64,000 bases of DNA, from positions 70,168 to 134,167 of the forward strand of contig CAWKFB010000008.1 of NCBI GenBank assembly GCA_963848835.1. The letters run 5' to 3'. The DNA is from Candidatus Aminicenantes bacterium (lineage in GTDB: Bacteria; Acidobacteriota; Aminicenantia; Aminicenantales; UBA4085). Shown here one piece after another: positions 48,982-58,925 of the stretch (position 1 is its first letter; the number at the start of each line of letters is the position of its first letter). A program made the position numbers and the translations under genes. The notes under the pieces were generated by a model that had not been told where the DNA came from, made no database searches, and worked only from the letters and a program-made list of their open reading frames with translations.

Positions 48982-49768
48982 ATTTCTAGACGGAGAGGGC
49001 AGCCCTTCTCCCAGACGCCGCAGGGGCTGGCGCTTCGTCCTCCGCGCGGGCGCGGTTTTCGCCGCCCTGCTGGCCGCCGTTTCGATCTTTCTCCTCGTCG
49101 TCGGGCTGACCCTGCCCGACGTTTCCGGCCTCAAGACCCGGAATCCCGATTCGACCTCGCTCATACGGCAGCGCCGGGCGGAGGCCAAGGCCGCGGGCCG
49201 GGCCTTCGTCCCCCGGTCCGAGTGGATCGCTTTCGAGACGATCCCGAGCCTGTTCAAGAAGGCCATCCTCGTCAGCGAAGACGCGTCCTTCTACGAGCAC
49301 AAGGGCATCGACATGGTCGAGCTCAAGGCGGCGATCAAACAGGACCTGAAGGAGAAGCGGTTCGTCCGGGGGGCGAGCACGATCACCCAGCAGCTGGCCA
49401 AGAACCTCTATCTCTCGACGGACAAGACATTCTGGAGGAAGCTCAAGGAGATCTGGCTCGCCCGACGGCTGGAGAAAGCCCTTCCCAAGAACAGGATCTT
49501 CGCCCTCTATCTCAACCTGATCGAGTTCGGCCCCGGCGTTTTCGGGGTCCAGTCCGCCGCCCGGCACTGGTTCGCCAAGGACGCCGCCGACCTGACCCTC
49601 GAAGAATGCGTCCGGCTGGCGGCGATCATCCCCCGGCCGCTCCGCTCGGATCCCCGGACGAACGACGCCTGGATGAAGTTCAAGGGCCGCTGGATCGCTG
49701 ACACGCTCAAGGCCGTCGGCGCGATCGCCCCGGACGAGCACGATGCCCTCGCTCGTGCCTTCCAATGA
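48959..49768 (+). CDS. mtgA: Monofunctional biosynthetic peptidoglycan transglycosylase (GT51)
   Basis: ..AILVSEDASFYEHKGID..GASTITQQLAKNLYLS..RKLKE..LEKALPKNRIFALYLN is GT51-like. The only in-frame start is GTG 48959, inside the E repeat arm (VVEYSGTEF). Confidence 0.85.
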   Translation: MVEYSGTEFLDGEGSPSPRRRRGWRFVLRAGAVFAALLAAVSIFLLVVGLTLPDVSGLKTRNPDSTSLIRQRRAEAKAAGRAFVPRSEWIAFETIPSLFKKAILVSEDASFYEHKGIDMVELKAAIKQDLKEKRFVRGASTITQQLAKNLYLSTDKTFWRKLKEIWLARRLEKALPKNRIFALYLNLIEFGPGVFGVQSAARHWFAKDAADLTLEECVRLAAIIPRPLRSDPRTNDAWMKFKGRWIADTLKAVGAIAPDEHDALARAFQ

Positions 49769-49780
49769 AACCGGAGCTTC

Positions 49781-51289
49781 TTACTTCAATTCTTTGAGCG
49801 GCCGGAAGTCGATATCCGGCCTCGTGTAGGTGTTCGTCCCGGCGACGGCGTCCCCGCCCGGCTTGGCCCAGTAGAAATTGTGCCCGGACTCGACCTTCCA
49901 GGTCTCCCCCGTCTCCGGGTCGGTCACGTCCGTCACCCCAAGGATATAGTTCGAGAACTTGCGGTTGACGTTGTCCATCACGCCCTGCCGCGTCCAGTAC
50001 GAGTCGCTGATGATCTTGGAGATCTCCCGGCCCGTCTGGGCCACGATGCTGGACACGTCCGCCGTCAGCTGCTGCTGCGAAGCCAGCCACTGGGGATTCC
50101 ACTGGATGCTCGCGAACATATGGGAGAAGACGGCCTGGGTGAACTCGGCCTGGGATTCCGGGCTCGCATAGACCAGGAGCGTGTCCACGTTCCAGTTCCC
50201 GCCTTGCATCGCCGGCATATACACGACCTGGGTCAGGGCCAGTCCGAATCCCACATACGGCTCACCGCCGCGGCTGAAGCGGAAGGCCGCTTCCCCGGCG
50301 TGCCGGGTGAACTGGACGCCGGCGGACTGCAATCCGGCGTAGATGCGATTGAAACCGGCGACGATGTCCGGCCGGTCGGCCTGGCTGACGAAGGCGAATT
50401 GCTCGACGCGCGGCTGATAATTCTGCTGTAGATACTCTTTCAGGAATTGTCCCCCCGGCTTATATCTCATGACCAGATTCCGGACTCCATACCCGGGAGA
50501 ATACCAGGAGCCCTCCCGGAAGCCCGTGGAGACGAGCATCGGGCTGGGAATGGCGAAAGCCGGGAGATTGGGATCGTTGAACTGGATGATGATTTTTTGG
50601 TCGGGCGAAACCGTCTGGAGGGCGTGGACGACGTCCACGGCCGCCCGCCGGTTCGTCCCGCCCTGGGTCTGCCAGCCCTCGGGGACATCCAGGGTGAAAG
50701 CCTTCTCGGCCGGATCGCTGAACTTCACGTACCGGACGCGCGGCCCGGACGTCGCGCGGCCCTCGGCGGGCTCGACGAAGCGGAACGATTGGAGCATGGC
50801 CAGGAGCGAGGCCCGGTTCTTTTCGAAGGAGTCGGCTTTGGCCGCCGCGACGTAGAGGATGCCGCTCCGATCGTAGATCGAGCAGAGGGCGAGCCCCGAA
50901 AACGCCTGGCCGCTCTTGCGAAACCCGAGCTTGACCGCCCACTCGTCCGGCTGGGTCCGCAGCCGCTGTTTCTTTTCGATCGCCGCTTCCGGGAAGAACT
51001 TGCCCAATGAGGCCAGGTTTTGCTCCAGCCAGGCGTCGGCCGCCGCTGGCTGTCTCAGGAAGAACGGATAGATGAGGAGGAATGCCGGCTCGGCCGCGCT
51101 TTCGGGCGCGGTGACGAAGATGAAGCTCTTGTCGACGACCTCGGCCCGCCAGTCCTCGGGGTGCTTCAGGGCGAAGCCGTCGGGGTAGCTTTTTTCCGCC
51201 AGCCGTCCTCCGCCCGACGAGCAGGCGTTCAAGGTCAGAAGAACCGCCAACGCGCAGGCACAAGGACCAAACTTCACCTTGGGTTTCAT
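49781..51289 (-). CDS. Hypothetical lipoprotein
   Basis: The preferred start is MKPKVKFGPCACALAVLLTLNACSSGG (lipobox LNAC) at 51289. No recognisable catalytic motif. Confidence 0.55.
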   Translation of the reverse strand: MKPKVKFGPCACALAVLLTLNACSSGGGRLAEKSYPDGFALKHPEDWRAEVVDKSFIFVTAPESAAEPAFLLIYPFFLRQPAAADAWLEQNLASLGKFFPEAAIEKKQRLRTQPDEWAVKLGFRKSGQAFSGLALCSIYDRSGILYVAAAKADSFEKNRASLLAMLQSFRFVEPAEGRATSGPRVRYVKFSDPAEKAFTLDVPEGWQTQGGTNRRAAVDVVHALQTVSPDQKIIIQFNDPNLPAFAIPSPMLVSTGFREGSWYSPGYGVRNLVMRYKPGGQFLKEYLQQNYQPRVEQFAFVSQADRPDIVAGFNRIYAGLQSAGVQFTRHAGEAAFRFSRGGEPYVGFGLALTQVVYMPAMQGGNWNVDTLLVYASPESQAEFTQAVFSHMFASIQWNPQWLASQQQLTADVSSIVAQTGREISKIISDSYWTRQGVMDNVNRKFSNYILGVTDVTDPETGETWKVESGHNFYWAKPGGDAVAGTNTYTRPDIDFRPLKELK

Positions 51290-51302
51290 CTTCGCTCCAC
51301 CT

Positions 51303-51382
51303 GGGGTCGCGTCTACACTTTCCACCTTTAAGATGAACATGCGGAAAAAGTATCGAAAAATGGAAAGTGTAGACGCGACCCC
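51303..51382. repeat. 22-bp perfect inverted repeat with 36-nt loop (terminator-like or REP-like, single copy in window)
   Basis: ggggtcgcgtctacactttcca ..36 nt.. tggaaagtgtagacgcgacccc lies between the BNR gene stop (51391) and the lipoprotein start (51289). Confidence 0.8.
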
Positions 51383-51390
51383 GGATTTCA

Positions 51391-54135
51391 TTATTTAATT
51401 ACGACCGGGACGGCGCCGACCGTCCAACCTTGGCGGCCGCGCACGACCGCCTTTTTCGTCAGCTTCTTGCCGTTGGCCTCGAGGGTCACCACATACTCGC
51501 CAGGCTCGGCCCACGCCCCGGCCCCGCCGCCGAAGGCGCGCTGCCCGCCCGCCGCGCCCTGAGGCCGCGGAGCGCGCATGTCCCACAGGACCGTGCCGAT
51601 CCCGGCCTCGGGCTTGCCGGTCAATTCGCGGTAAACGGTCCCGTAAGGATCGGCGACCGTGACCTTGACGGGCCCCGCGGGCTTGTCCTTCAGGTAGTAC
51701 TTGATCGCCGCAGCGTTCGGCTCGTTGGGCGTGAAGAGGGGCACGTCCCCGAGAAGCTGGTAGTTTCCGATTCCGCCGTAGACGCGCTGGGTCCGCGGCT
51801 CGACGTCGAAAAGATAGACGTCCTGGGCGAGCGACTCCGCGGTCATCTCCTGGAGCGGAGTGATGTCGGCGACGTAGAGACCGCGGCCGTAGGTCGCCAC
51901 GACGAGGTCGTTTTCGCGCGGGTGGATGACCAGGTCCGTGATCTTGACCCAGGGCATGTTCTGCTTGAAGGGGAGCCAGCCCTTGCCTCCGTCGATTGTC
52001 ACGTAGACGCCCTGCTCGGTTCCCGCGAAAAGAAGGTTCGGATTTTTCCGGTCCTGGACGACAACGTTTACGGGCTTGTCGCCGGGAAGGTCGCCCATGA
52101 TCGGCGCCCACGTCTCGCCGAAGTCCGCCGTCTTGAACAGGACCGGCTTGAACTCATCCAGGCGCCAGCCCGTCTTGGCCACGAAGCACGTCCCCGCGTC
52201 GTGAGGCGAGGGGAAGACGCGACTGGTCCAATAATTCGCCGGGGCGCCCGCCGCGGCCAGATTCGGCGTCCGGTCGAGCCATCTCGCCCCTCCGTCCTTC
52301 GTCACCTGGACCTTGCCGTCGTCGGCCCCGGCCCAGATGACGCCGGCCTGGGCCGGAGACTCCGCGAGCGTCGTCAGGGTGCAATACGAGATGAAGCCCT
52401 CGCCGTGGAGCTTGGGCTCGTCGTTCGTGGTCAGGTCGGGGCTGATCTCCTGCCAGTGGTCGCCCCGGTCGAATGAACGAAAGACAACCTGGGCTCCGAC
52501 ATAGACGATCGCGGGATTATGCGGCGACAGGGCGAGCGGAGGCGTCCAGTTGAACCGGGGCGCCGGAGCGCCCTGCGGCCGCGCCGGACGGATCGCGGTC
52601 TGGACGCCCGTCGTCTGGTCGAGCCGCCAGAACGTCCCCATCTCCCGGCCGTTGTAGAGCCAGCGGCTGTCGGTCGGATCGACCTGATTGAACATGCCGT
52701 CGCCGCCGCCGACCGTCACCCAGTCGGAAGCGCTGATCTCGCCTGCCCAGCCGTTCGAGGGCCCTTTCCACGAGTCGTGGTCCTGAAGGCCGCCGTAGAT
52801 ATTGTACGGCTCCTCCATGTCCACCCCGACGGCGTAGAACTCGGTGAGGGGAAGGTTGGCGAGATGGATGCTCGTCCGGCCCCGGTCGTAGCTCACGTTG
52901 ACCCCGCCGTCCGAGCCGAAGATGAGCCGGTTCGAATCCTGGGGATCGATCCACATCGCACGCCAGTCGCCGAAGGCCTTGGGCATGACCCCATCCGACG
53001 GCCAGCTCAGGCCTTTCCAGGTCTTGCCCCCGTCGTTCGTGCTGGCCAGCGATTGGCCGGTGATGTAGACCGTATCGGCGTGGTTCGGATCGACTTTGAG
53101 CTCGTTGAAGGAATAGGGCGCCTTGTTGAGCGCGGCCTCATAGCCGCTGTTGACCTTGCGCCAGCTCCGCCCGCCGTCGTCCGTCCGGTAGACCTCGTTG
53201 CCCATGGTCTGGGGAGCGGGCTCGGACCCGCGCCTCTTGGCCAGGTCGATCTCCTGCTGCGTCGGGGGCCGCCGGTTGCCGTTCTCGACCACGGCGTAGA
53301 GCGTCCCGGGGCTCTTCTGCAGGACGTCGATCCCGATCCGGCCGATCCGTCCGGTCGGGAGCCCGCCGCCGAGCCGGGCCCACGTCCGGCCCCCGTCCGT
53401 CGTCTTGTAGATCGCGCTTTCCGGCCCCCCGAGCTCGTAATGCCAGGGCACGCGGACCTTGTCGTACAGGGCCGCGTAGAGCGTGTCCGGGTCGGACTTG
53501 ACCATGACGATGTCGACGGCTCCGATCTTGTCGTTGACGAAGAGGACCTTCTGCCAGGTCTTCCCGCCGTCCGAGGTCTTGAACACGCCCCGCTCCGCGT
53601 TCGGCGTGAAGAGATGGCCCATCGCCGCGACATAGACGACGTCCGGGTTCGCCGGATGGACGGCCAGCCGGGCGATGTGATGCGAATCGCGGAGGCCCAT
53701 GTTCGTCCAGGTCTTGCCCGCGTCGGTCGACTTGTAGATCCCGTCGCCCGAGTTCGAGGATCGGGCGCAGTACGCCTCGCCCGTCCCGACCCAGACGATT
53801 TTCGGGTTGGCGGGGGCGACGGCGACGGCGCCGATCGAGAGCTTGGGCTGGGCGTCGAAGATGGGCTCGAAGGTGACGCCGTTGTTCGTCGTCTTCCACA
53901 CCCCGCCGTTTCGCGTCCCGACATAGAGCGTGTAAAGGTGGTCGCGCGCCGGCGCGTCGGGGACGGCGAACGAGGTCACCCAGGAGCCGGCCCGGTAAGG
54001 GCCCATGGCGCGGAAAGGGAAGGCCTTGAGCAGAGACTCGTTGAACAGCGTCTGGGCCGGAGCGGTCCCGGCCAGAACGAGGAGAACGGCGCAAACGATG
54101 AGGCCCATGCGGAAGCGGACGGAAGATGCGGTCAT
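51391..54135 (-). CDS. Sortilin/VPS10-type BNR (Asp-box) repeat protein, glycosyl-hydrolase-like, secreted
   Basis: Signal peptide and repeated Asp-boxes STDAGKTW, TSDGGKTW, TTDGGRTW, TDDGGRSW, TNDGGKTW, TKDGGARW, TIDGGKGW. Confidence 0.8.
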   Translation of the reverse strand: MTASSVRFRMGLIVCAVLLVLAGTAPAQTLFNESLLKAFPFRAMGPYRAGSWVTSFAVPDAPARDHLYTLYVGTRNGGVWKTTNNGVTFEPIFDAQPKLSIGAVAVAPANPKIVWVGTGEAYCARSSNSGDGIYKSTDAGKTWTNMGLRDSHHIARLAVHPANPDVVYVAAMGHLFTPNAERGVFKTSDGGKTWQKVLFVNDKIGAVDIVMVKSDPDTLYAALYDKVRVPWHYELGGPESAIYKTTDGGRTWARLGGGLPTGRIGRIGIDVLQKSPGTLYAVVENGNRRPPTQQEIDLAKRRGSEPAPQTMGNEVYRTDDGGRSWRKVNSGYEAALNKAPYSFNELKVDPNHADTVYITGQSLASTNDGGKTWKGLSWPSDGVMPKAFGDWRAMWIDPQDSNRLIFGSDGGVNVSYDRGRTSIHLANLPLTEFYAVGVDMEEPYNIYGGLQDHDSWKGPSNGWAGEISASDWVTVGGGDGMFNQVDPTDSRWLYNGREMGTFWRLDQTTGVQTAIRPARPQGAPAPRFNWTPPLALSPHNPAIVYVGAQVVFRSFDRGDHWQEISPDLTTNDEPKLHGEGFISYCTLTTLAESPAQAGVIWAGADDGKVQVTKDGGARWLDRTPNLAAAGAPANYWTSRVFPSPHDAGTCFVAKTGWRLDEFKPVLFKTADFGETWAPIMGDLPGDKPVNVVVQDRKNPNLLFAGTEQGVYVTIDGGKGWLPFKQNMPWVKITDLVIHPRENDLVVATYGRGLYVADITPLQEMTAESLAQDVYLFDVEPRTQRVYGGIGNYQLLGDVPLFTPNEPNAAAIKYYLKDKPAGPVKVTVADPYGTVYRELTGKPEAGIGTVLWDMRAPRPQGAAGGQRAFGGGAGAWAEPGEYVVTLEANGKKLTKKAVVRGRQGWTVGAVPVVIK

Positions 54136-54276
54136 GATCCCTCCGGAAAAGTGTACCTGAGCATCTCGACTGATGTACTATATAACACAGAGTCGGTCCA
54201 TCTTGAATATCGGAGTCCGGACGGACGCCGAATGTGCTATAGTGCCCGCTTAAAAATTTGAATACGGGAGGCCTTC

Positions 54277-55020
54277 ATGGCGCTTGATCAAACGAATCGG
54301 GACGAGACTCCCGGCATTGAAGATCCGCGATGGAAATCGATCTACCGGATCGGCGGATACGCCACGATCCTGGCCCTGATCGGGATCGTTCTCGATCTTG
54401 TACTTGGCAATACCTTAGGCGGCGGAATGGACGCCCTGCCGAAGACGGCGGTCGAACGGTTCGCCCAGATCCGGGAAAGCCCGCTGATCGGGTTGTACAA
54501 CCTCGACTTTCTGAACGTGATCAACCAGATCCTGCTCGTCCCGGCTTACCTCGCCCTTGCCGCGGCCCATCGTGGATCTAAAGGAGTCCTGGCCTGGCTC
54601 GCTTTGGCCGTATTCCTCGTCGGCACGACGGTTTTCATCGCGGGCAACGTCGCGCTTCCCATGCTCGACCTCAGCGCGAAATACGCCGCCGCGCCCGCCG
54701 AAGCCCAGCGGAGCCTGTTTGCCGCCGCCGGCGAAGCGATGCTGGCTCGCGGCGCGCACGGCAGCCCGGGCGCGTTCTTCAGCTTTCTTCTGCCGAATAT
54801 CGCCGGCGCCCTCATGGGCTTGGCCATGCTCAAAGGCCGCGTTTTCAGCAGGGCGACCGGTTGGACCGGGCTCGCCGGAAGCCTGCTCATGGTTGTCTAC
54901 GCGGTTGTCGTCACGTTCGTCCCGGGCATGCTGAGCCAGGCGATGGCCCTCGCCGCACCGGGCGGGTTGCTGTGCATGGCCTGGATGATCCTGTTCACAT
55001 TGAAGCTGCTCAAAAGCTGA
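54277..55020 (+). CDS. DUF4386-like integral membrane protein
   Basis: 247 aa with about 6 TM segments, ..YRIGGYATILALIGIVLDLVLG.. The family name is from memory. Confidence 0.5.
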   Translation: MALDQTNRDETPGIEDPRWKSIYRIGGYATILALIGIVLDLVLGNTLGGGMDALPKTAVERFAQIRESPLIGLYNLDFLNVINQILLVPAYLALAAAHRGSKGVLAWLALAVFLVGTTVFIAGNVALPMLDLSAKYAAAPAEAQRSLFAAAGEAMLARGAHGSPGAFFSFLLPNIAGALMGLAMLKGRVFSRATGWTGLAGSLLMVVYAVVVTFVPGMLSQAMALAAPGGLLCMAWMILFTLKLLKS

Positions 55021-55076
55021 GCTTACCTAGACTCCTTCCTTAAACGGAAGTAACATATCGGTTTACTGGATTTAGG

Positions 55077-55328
55077 ATGGAGATCGATATGAGGATAAAT
55101 CCGACACGCGTCATCGCCGCGGGGATTCTCGCTTTGACGCTTGCCGCGGGCGGATGTAAGACCCCGACGACGGACACGCACCCGGCGGACCATACGGTCA
55201 ACATGAACGGGGTTTATCATAAGCCGGGCTTGACGAATCCGACCGTGAACTGCGTCATGTGCCACGGCGCGGACCTTCGGGGCGGGTCCGGCCCTTCCTG
55301 CTTCTCCTGCCACGGGCAGAAGTGGTGA
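55077..55328 (+). CDS. Small dihaem c-type cytochrome lipoprotein
   Basis: 83 aa with lipobox LAAGGC and two CXXCH motifs (CVMCH, CFSCH). The alternative start ATG 55089 has better RBS spacing. Confidence 0.6.
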   Translation: MEIDMRINPTRVIAAGILALTLAAGGCKTPTTDTHPADHTVNMNGVYHKPGLTNPTVNCVMCHGADLRGGSGPSCFSCHGQKW

Positions 55329-55376
55329 ATGAGATTTCTTTCGGGAGGCGATCTTACGTGAAAACAAGCCTAAGAT

Positions 55377-56003
55377 ATGCGCGCCGTGGCCAGCCTCGAT
55401 TACCGCCTCAGCCAGGACGCCCGCTTCCCCGCCCAGATCGAGGACTGCAAGGCGGCCGTGCGCTGGCTCCGGGCGAACGCGGTCAAATACGGGCTCGATC
55501 CCGAGCGGTTCGCGGCCTGGGGAGCATCGGCGGGAGGTCATCTCGCGGCGATGCTCGGAACGACCGGGGACGTCAAGCGGTTCGACGTCGGGGAGAACCT
55601 CGATCAATCCAGCCGCGTCCAGGCGGTCGTGGATTATTTCGGCCCGACCGATTTCCTCCAGATGGACGCCCATCGCCTCCCGAACGGACAGGTCCACGAC
55701 GCCGCCGACTCCCCGGAGTCGCAGCTCATCGGCGGTCCGATCCAGGAGAACAAGGAGAAGACCGCGCTGGCGAGCCCGATCGTCTACGTCTCCCCCGACG
55801 ATCCTCCCTTCCTGATCGTCCACGGCGATGCGGATCCCCTCGTCCCCCATCACCAAAGCGAGATCCTCGCGGCCGCCCTGGCGGAAGCGGGGATCCTTCC
55901 GGATTTCCACACCGTCAAGGGCGGCGGGCACGGCGGCTTCAAGGATCCCGCCGTCCCGGCGATGACGCGGAATTTCCTGAACAAGAATTTAAAAGGCTCT
56001 TAA
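55377..56003 (+). pseudogene. Alpha/beta-hydrolase (carboxylesterase) lacking its N-terminal roughly 90 residues
   Basis: Begins MRAVASLDYRLS.. and keeps GASAGGHLA, DPLVP and GGGHG. The expected upstream HGGG oxyanion-hole segment is absent, and only 48 nt separate it from the cytochrome gene. Confidence 0.55.
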
Positions 56004-56022
56004 GGCTTTTTTTGGGTTCCCC

Positions 56023-57391
56023 TCAGAGCGCCCGCTTCGCCGCCGCGATCTGGGCTTTCACCTCGTCGGGATGCGTCGATCCCGCGGTCTTCTTCAGGCA
56101 GACCGAGCCGAAGGGATCGAAGACGGTGCGGACATCCTCCCCGAAGAGCGGGGAAAAGGATTTGAGCTCTTCAACGCTCAAAGCGTCCAGGCTCTTTTTC
56201 TTCTGCTCGGCGAAAGCGACGACCGCGCCGACGATCCCGTGAGCCTCCCGGAAGGAGAGGCCCTTCCGGGCGAGGTGGTCGACGAGGTCGGTCGCGAACA
56301 TCCCGGCCGTCAGCCCTTCCCGCATCCTCTTCCCGTTCGGCTTGATCCGCGTCATGGCGGCCGCCGCCGCGTCGAGGACGATCTTGGCGTCCTCGATGGC
56401 CGCCCGCAAGGGCTCTTTGTCTTCCTGGAGGTCTTTGTTGTAGGAGGACGGCAGGCCCTTCAGGACAAGGAACAGGCGGCTGTAGTGGCCGAACAGCCTC
56501 CCCGGCCAGGCCCGCATCAGCTCGAAGATATCCGGGTTCTTTTTCTGGGGCATGAGGCTGCTCGAGGTCGCCAGGCTATCGTCCAGGTCGAAGAACCCGA
56601 ATTCCGCCGAGGAGAAGACGACGAGATCCTCGCCGAGCCGGGATAGGTCGAGGGCGACGAAGGAGAGGGCGGCGATCGTCTCCAGGATGAAGCTCCGGTC
56701 GCCGACCGCGTCGAAGGAATTGGGGGACACGGCGGCGAACCCGAGCCGGTCCTTGAGATCGTCCCGGTCGAGGGGCGTGGTCGATCCGGCCAGGGCGCCC
56801 GAGCCCAGGGGCAGGACGGAGATCCGCTTCTCCGCGTCCCGGAGCCGCTCCTTGTCGCGCTCGAGGGCCCAAAAGAAGGCCAGGATGTAATGGCCGAACA
56901 GGACGCTCTGGGCGCGCTGGAGGTGGGTGTAGCCCGGCATGAGGACATGGCCGTATTTTTCGGCCAGCCGGCAGGAGCCCTCGCTCCACGGCCTCGATAC
57001 GCCCTTCGATCCCGGGGAGCTCGTCCATCAGGTAGAGCCGCTCGTCCGTGGCCACCTGTTCGTTCCGGCTGCGGCCCGTGTGGAGCTTCTTCCCGGCCTC
57101 GCCGATCGTTTCGACGAGCAGCATCTCGACGGCCGTGTGGACGTCCTCGAACCGGTCGAGCGGCTCACCGGCGGCGATCATCTCTCCCACCTTCTTCAGC
57201 CCTCTGTCGATCGCCCGGGCTTCGCTGGGCGTGATCGCGCCCGCCTTGGCCAATCCGGCCGCGTAGGCCGCCGAGGCCCGAAGCTCCGCCCCGGCCAGGA
57301 AAGAATCCGCCCCGATCGAGACGTTGATCTTCTCGAAGGCCGGGTGTTCGGCCCGCGAGGGAAAGCGCTTATTCCAGACCGTCGCCTTCAC
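56023..57391 (-). CDS. argH: Argininosuccinate lyase, frame interrupted at about 56970
   Basis: The N-terminal part (frame of ORF 56576..57526) reads [36 protein letters not shown]. The C-terminal part (ORF 56023..56940) reads ..[32 protein letters not shown].. The GTG start overlaps the argG stop (GTGA). Confidence 0.85.
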
Positions 57392-58656
57392 TTCCCGTTC
57401 CTCATGAAATCGGTTACTTTCTTTCCTCTCTTGCTCATAATGGCGTTGTGGGCCTTGAGCCGGATGGCGTTGATGTTGATGAAGCCCCGCGGAATCCTGC
57501 TGGTCGAACCCGCCCTCGATGTCCATGCTCGACAGCTCCCGGTCGTAGAGCGAGCTGTGCGACTCCCGCGCCTGTGATCATGACGTTGCCCTTGTAGAGG
57601 GCGAGCTGGACGCTCCCGTCGATGACCTCCTGGCTCTTGTTGATGGCGGCCATGAGGAAGTCCATCTCCGGGGAGAACCAGAACCCGTTGTAGACGAGCT
57701 CGGCGAACTTCGGGCTGAGCATGTCGCGGAGCCGCATGACCTCGCGGTCCATGGCGATGCCCTCGATGTCCATGTGCGCCGCGCGGAGGATGGTCATGCC
57801 CGGGCGTCTCGTAGACGCCCCGGCTCTTGATCCCGACGAAGCGGTTCTCGACCATGTCGACGCGGCCGATGCCGTTGGCCGCGCCGACCTCGTTCAGATA
57901 ACTGAATAGCTCGTACGGGGCGGTCTTCGTCACGCCGTTGGTCTCATCCACGACCTTGACCGGGATGCCGTCCTTGAAGTGGACGGTCAGGACGGTTTCG
58001 GCGTCGGGCGCGGCCTGCGGGCTCGTCGTCCAGGAGAAGACGTCTTCGGACGGCGGCAGGGCCGGGTCCTCAAGGATCCCCGACTCGTGGCTGATGTGGA
58101 GGAGGTTGGCGTCCTCGCTGTACGGCTTGGCCGTCGAAGCCTTGACCTCGATGCCGTGCGCCGCGGCGTAGGCGATGAGGTCGGACCGGCCTTGGAAGGC
58201 GGCCAGGAATTCCTTGTCCTTCCAGGGCGAGATGACGACGATCGACGGGTCGAGGGCGAAATAGCCGAGCTCGAAGCGGACCTGATCGTTGCCTTTTCCG
58301 GTCGATCCGTGGGCGACGTATTTCGTCTTTTCCAGGTGGGCGATCTCGACTTGGCGCTTGGCGATGAGCGGCCGGGCCAGCGAGGTGCCAAGAAGATAGC
58401 GGCCTTCATAGATGGCGTTGGCCTTGATGGCGGGGAAGATGTAGTCGGTGACGAGCTCGGTCTTGAGGTCCTCGACGTAGACCTTCGAGGCGCCGGTGGC
58501 GATGGCCTTCTTCTTCACCTCGGCCAGGTCCTCGCCCTGGCCGACATCGGCGACGTAGGCAATGACGTCGTAGCCTTTGCCCATCAGCCATTTGAGGATG
58601 ACGGACGTGTCGAGCCCGCCCGAATACGCCAGGATCACTTTGTTCTTGCCGTTCAT
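57388..58656 (-). CDS. argG: Argininosuccinate synthase, three 1-nt frame disruptions (about 57798-57805, 57566-57573, 57485-57488)
   Basis: [48 protein letters not shown] | [30 protein letters not shown] | [28 protein letters not shown] | [12 protein letters not shown].. is recovered only by switching frames. Each junction has an extra G/C base (the two outer ones within G runs). AAGGAG RBS. Confidence 0.85.
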   Translation of the reverse strand: MNGKNKVILAYSGGLDTSVILKWLMGKGYDVIAYVADVGQGEDLAEVKKKAIATGASKVYVEDLKTELVTDYIFPAIKANAIYEGRYLLGTSLARPLIAKRQVEIAHLEKTKYVAHGSTGKGNDQVRFELGYFALDPSIVVISPWKDKEFLAAFQGRSDLIAYAAAHGIEVKASTAKPYSEDANLLHISHESGILEDPALPPSEDVFSWTTSPQAAPDAETVLTVHFKDGIPVKVVDETNGVTKTAPYELFSYLNEVGAANGIGRVDMVENRFVGIKSRGVYETPGHDHPPRGAHGHRGHRHGPRGHAAPRHAQPEVRRARLQRVLVLPGDGLPHGRHQQEPGGHRRERPARPLQGQRHDHRRGSRTARSTTGSCRAWTSRAGSTSRIPRGFININAIRLKAHNAIMSKRGKKVTDFMRNGK

Positions 58657-58685
58657 GTTCGACTCCTTACGCTTCTCAATTGGTA

Positions 58686-58792
58686 CCCCTCTTTGAAAAA
58701 GAGGGGTCGGGGAGATTTGTATAATCATAAAATCCCCCTCAATCCCCCTTTTCCAAAGGGGGACAATATCTCTGCTGGCCGTACAAAATACC
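58686..58792 (+). repeat. Family C repeat, full copy C4, between argR and argG
   Basis: cccctctttgaaaaagagggg + gagatttgtataatcataaaatccccctcaatcccccttttccaaagggggacaatatctctgctggccgtacaaaatacc aligns with 48834-48917. Confidence 0.8.
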
Positions 58793-58925
58793 TTAGCACT
58801 TTCATCTTCTTCTCCTTCGAATCGAGGTTGGCGACCGCCTGCCGGAGCCGGCGGGGGAACGCAACGGAAGGGAGGATCAGGTGCGCCGCGCGCGGCGGCG
58901 GCGCCGCCTCCGGGGACGGCTGGGG

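Noticed and set aside
16737-48985. Possibility that the recurring repeats (families A-F) constitute a CRISPR array.
   Set aside because: The copies are tens of kb apart or irregularly juxtaposed, 77-410 bp long and internally palindromic. They have no regular repeat-spacer periodicity and no cas genes in the window.
55259-56242. 327-aa ORF 55259..56242 spanning the esterase region.
   Set aside because: Its translation is Arg/Pro/Gly-rich with no motifs, whereas the frame of 55377..56003 shows clear alpha/beta-hydrolase motifs (GASAGGH, DPLVP).
57388-57810. Programmed ribosomal frameshifting as an explanation for the three argG frame changes.
   Set aside because: There are no slippery heptamers or stimulatory structures at the junctions. 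Each junction is explained by one extra G or C (two of them inside G runs), and the same kind of error occurs in unrelated genes.
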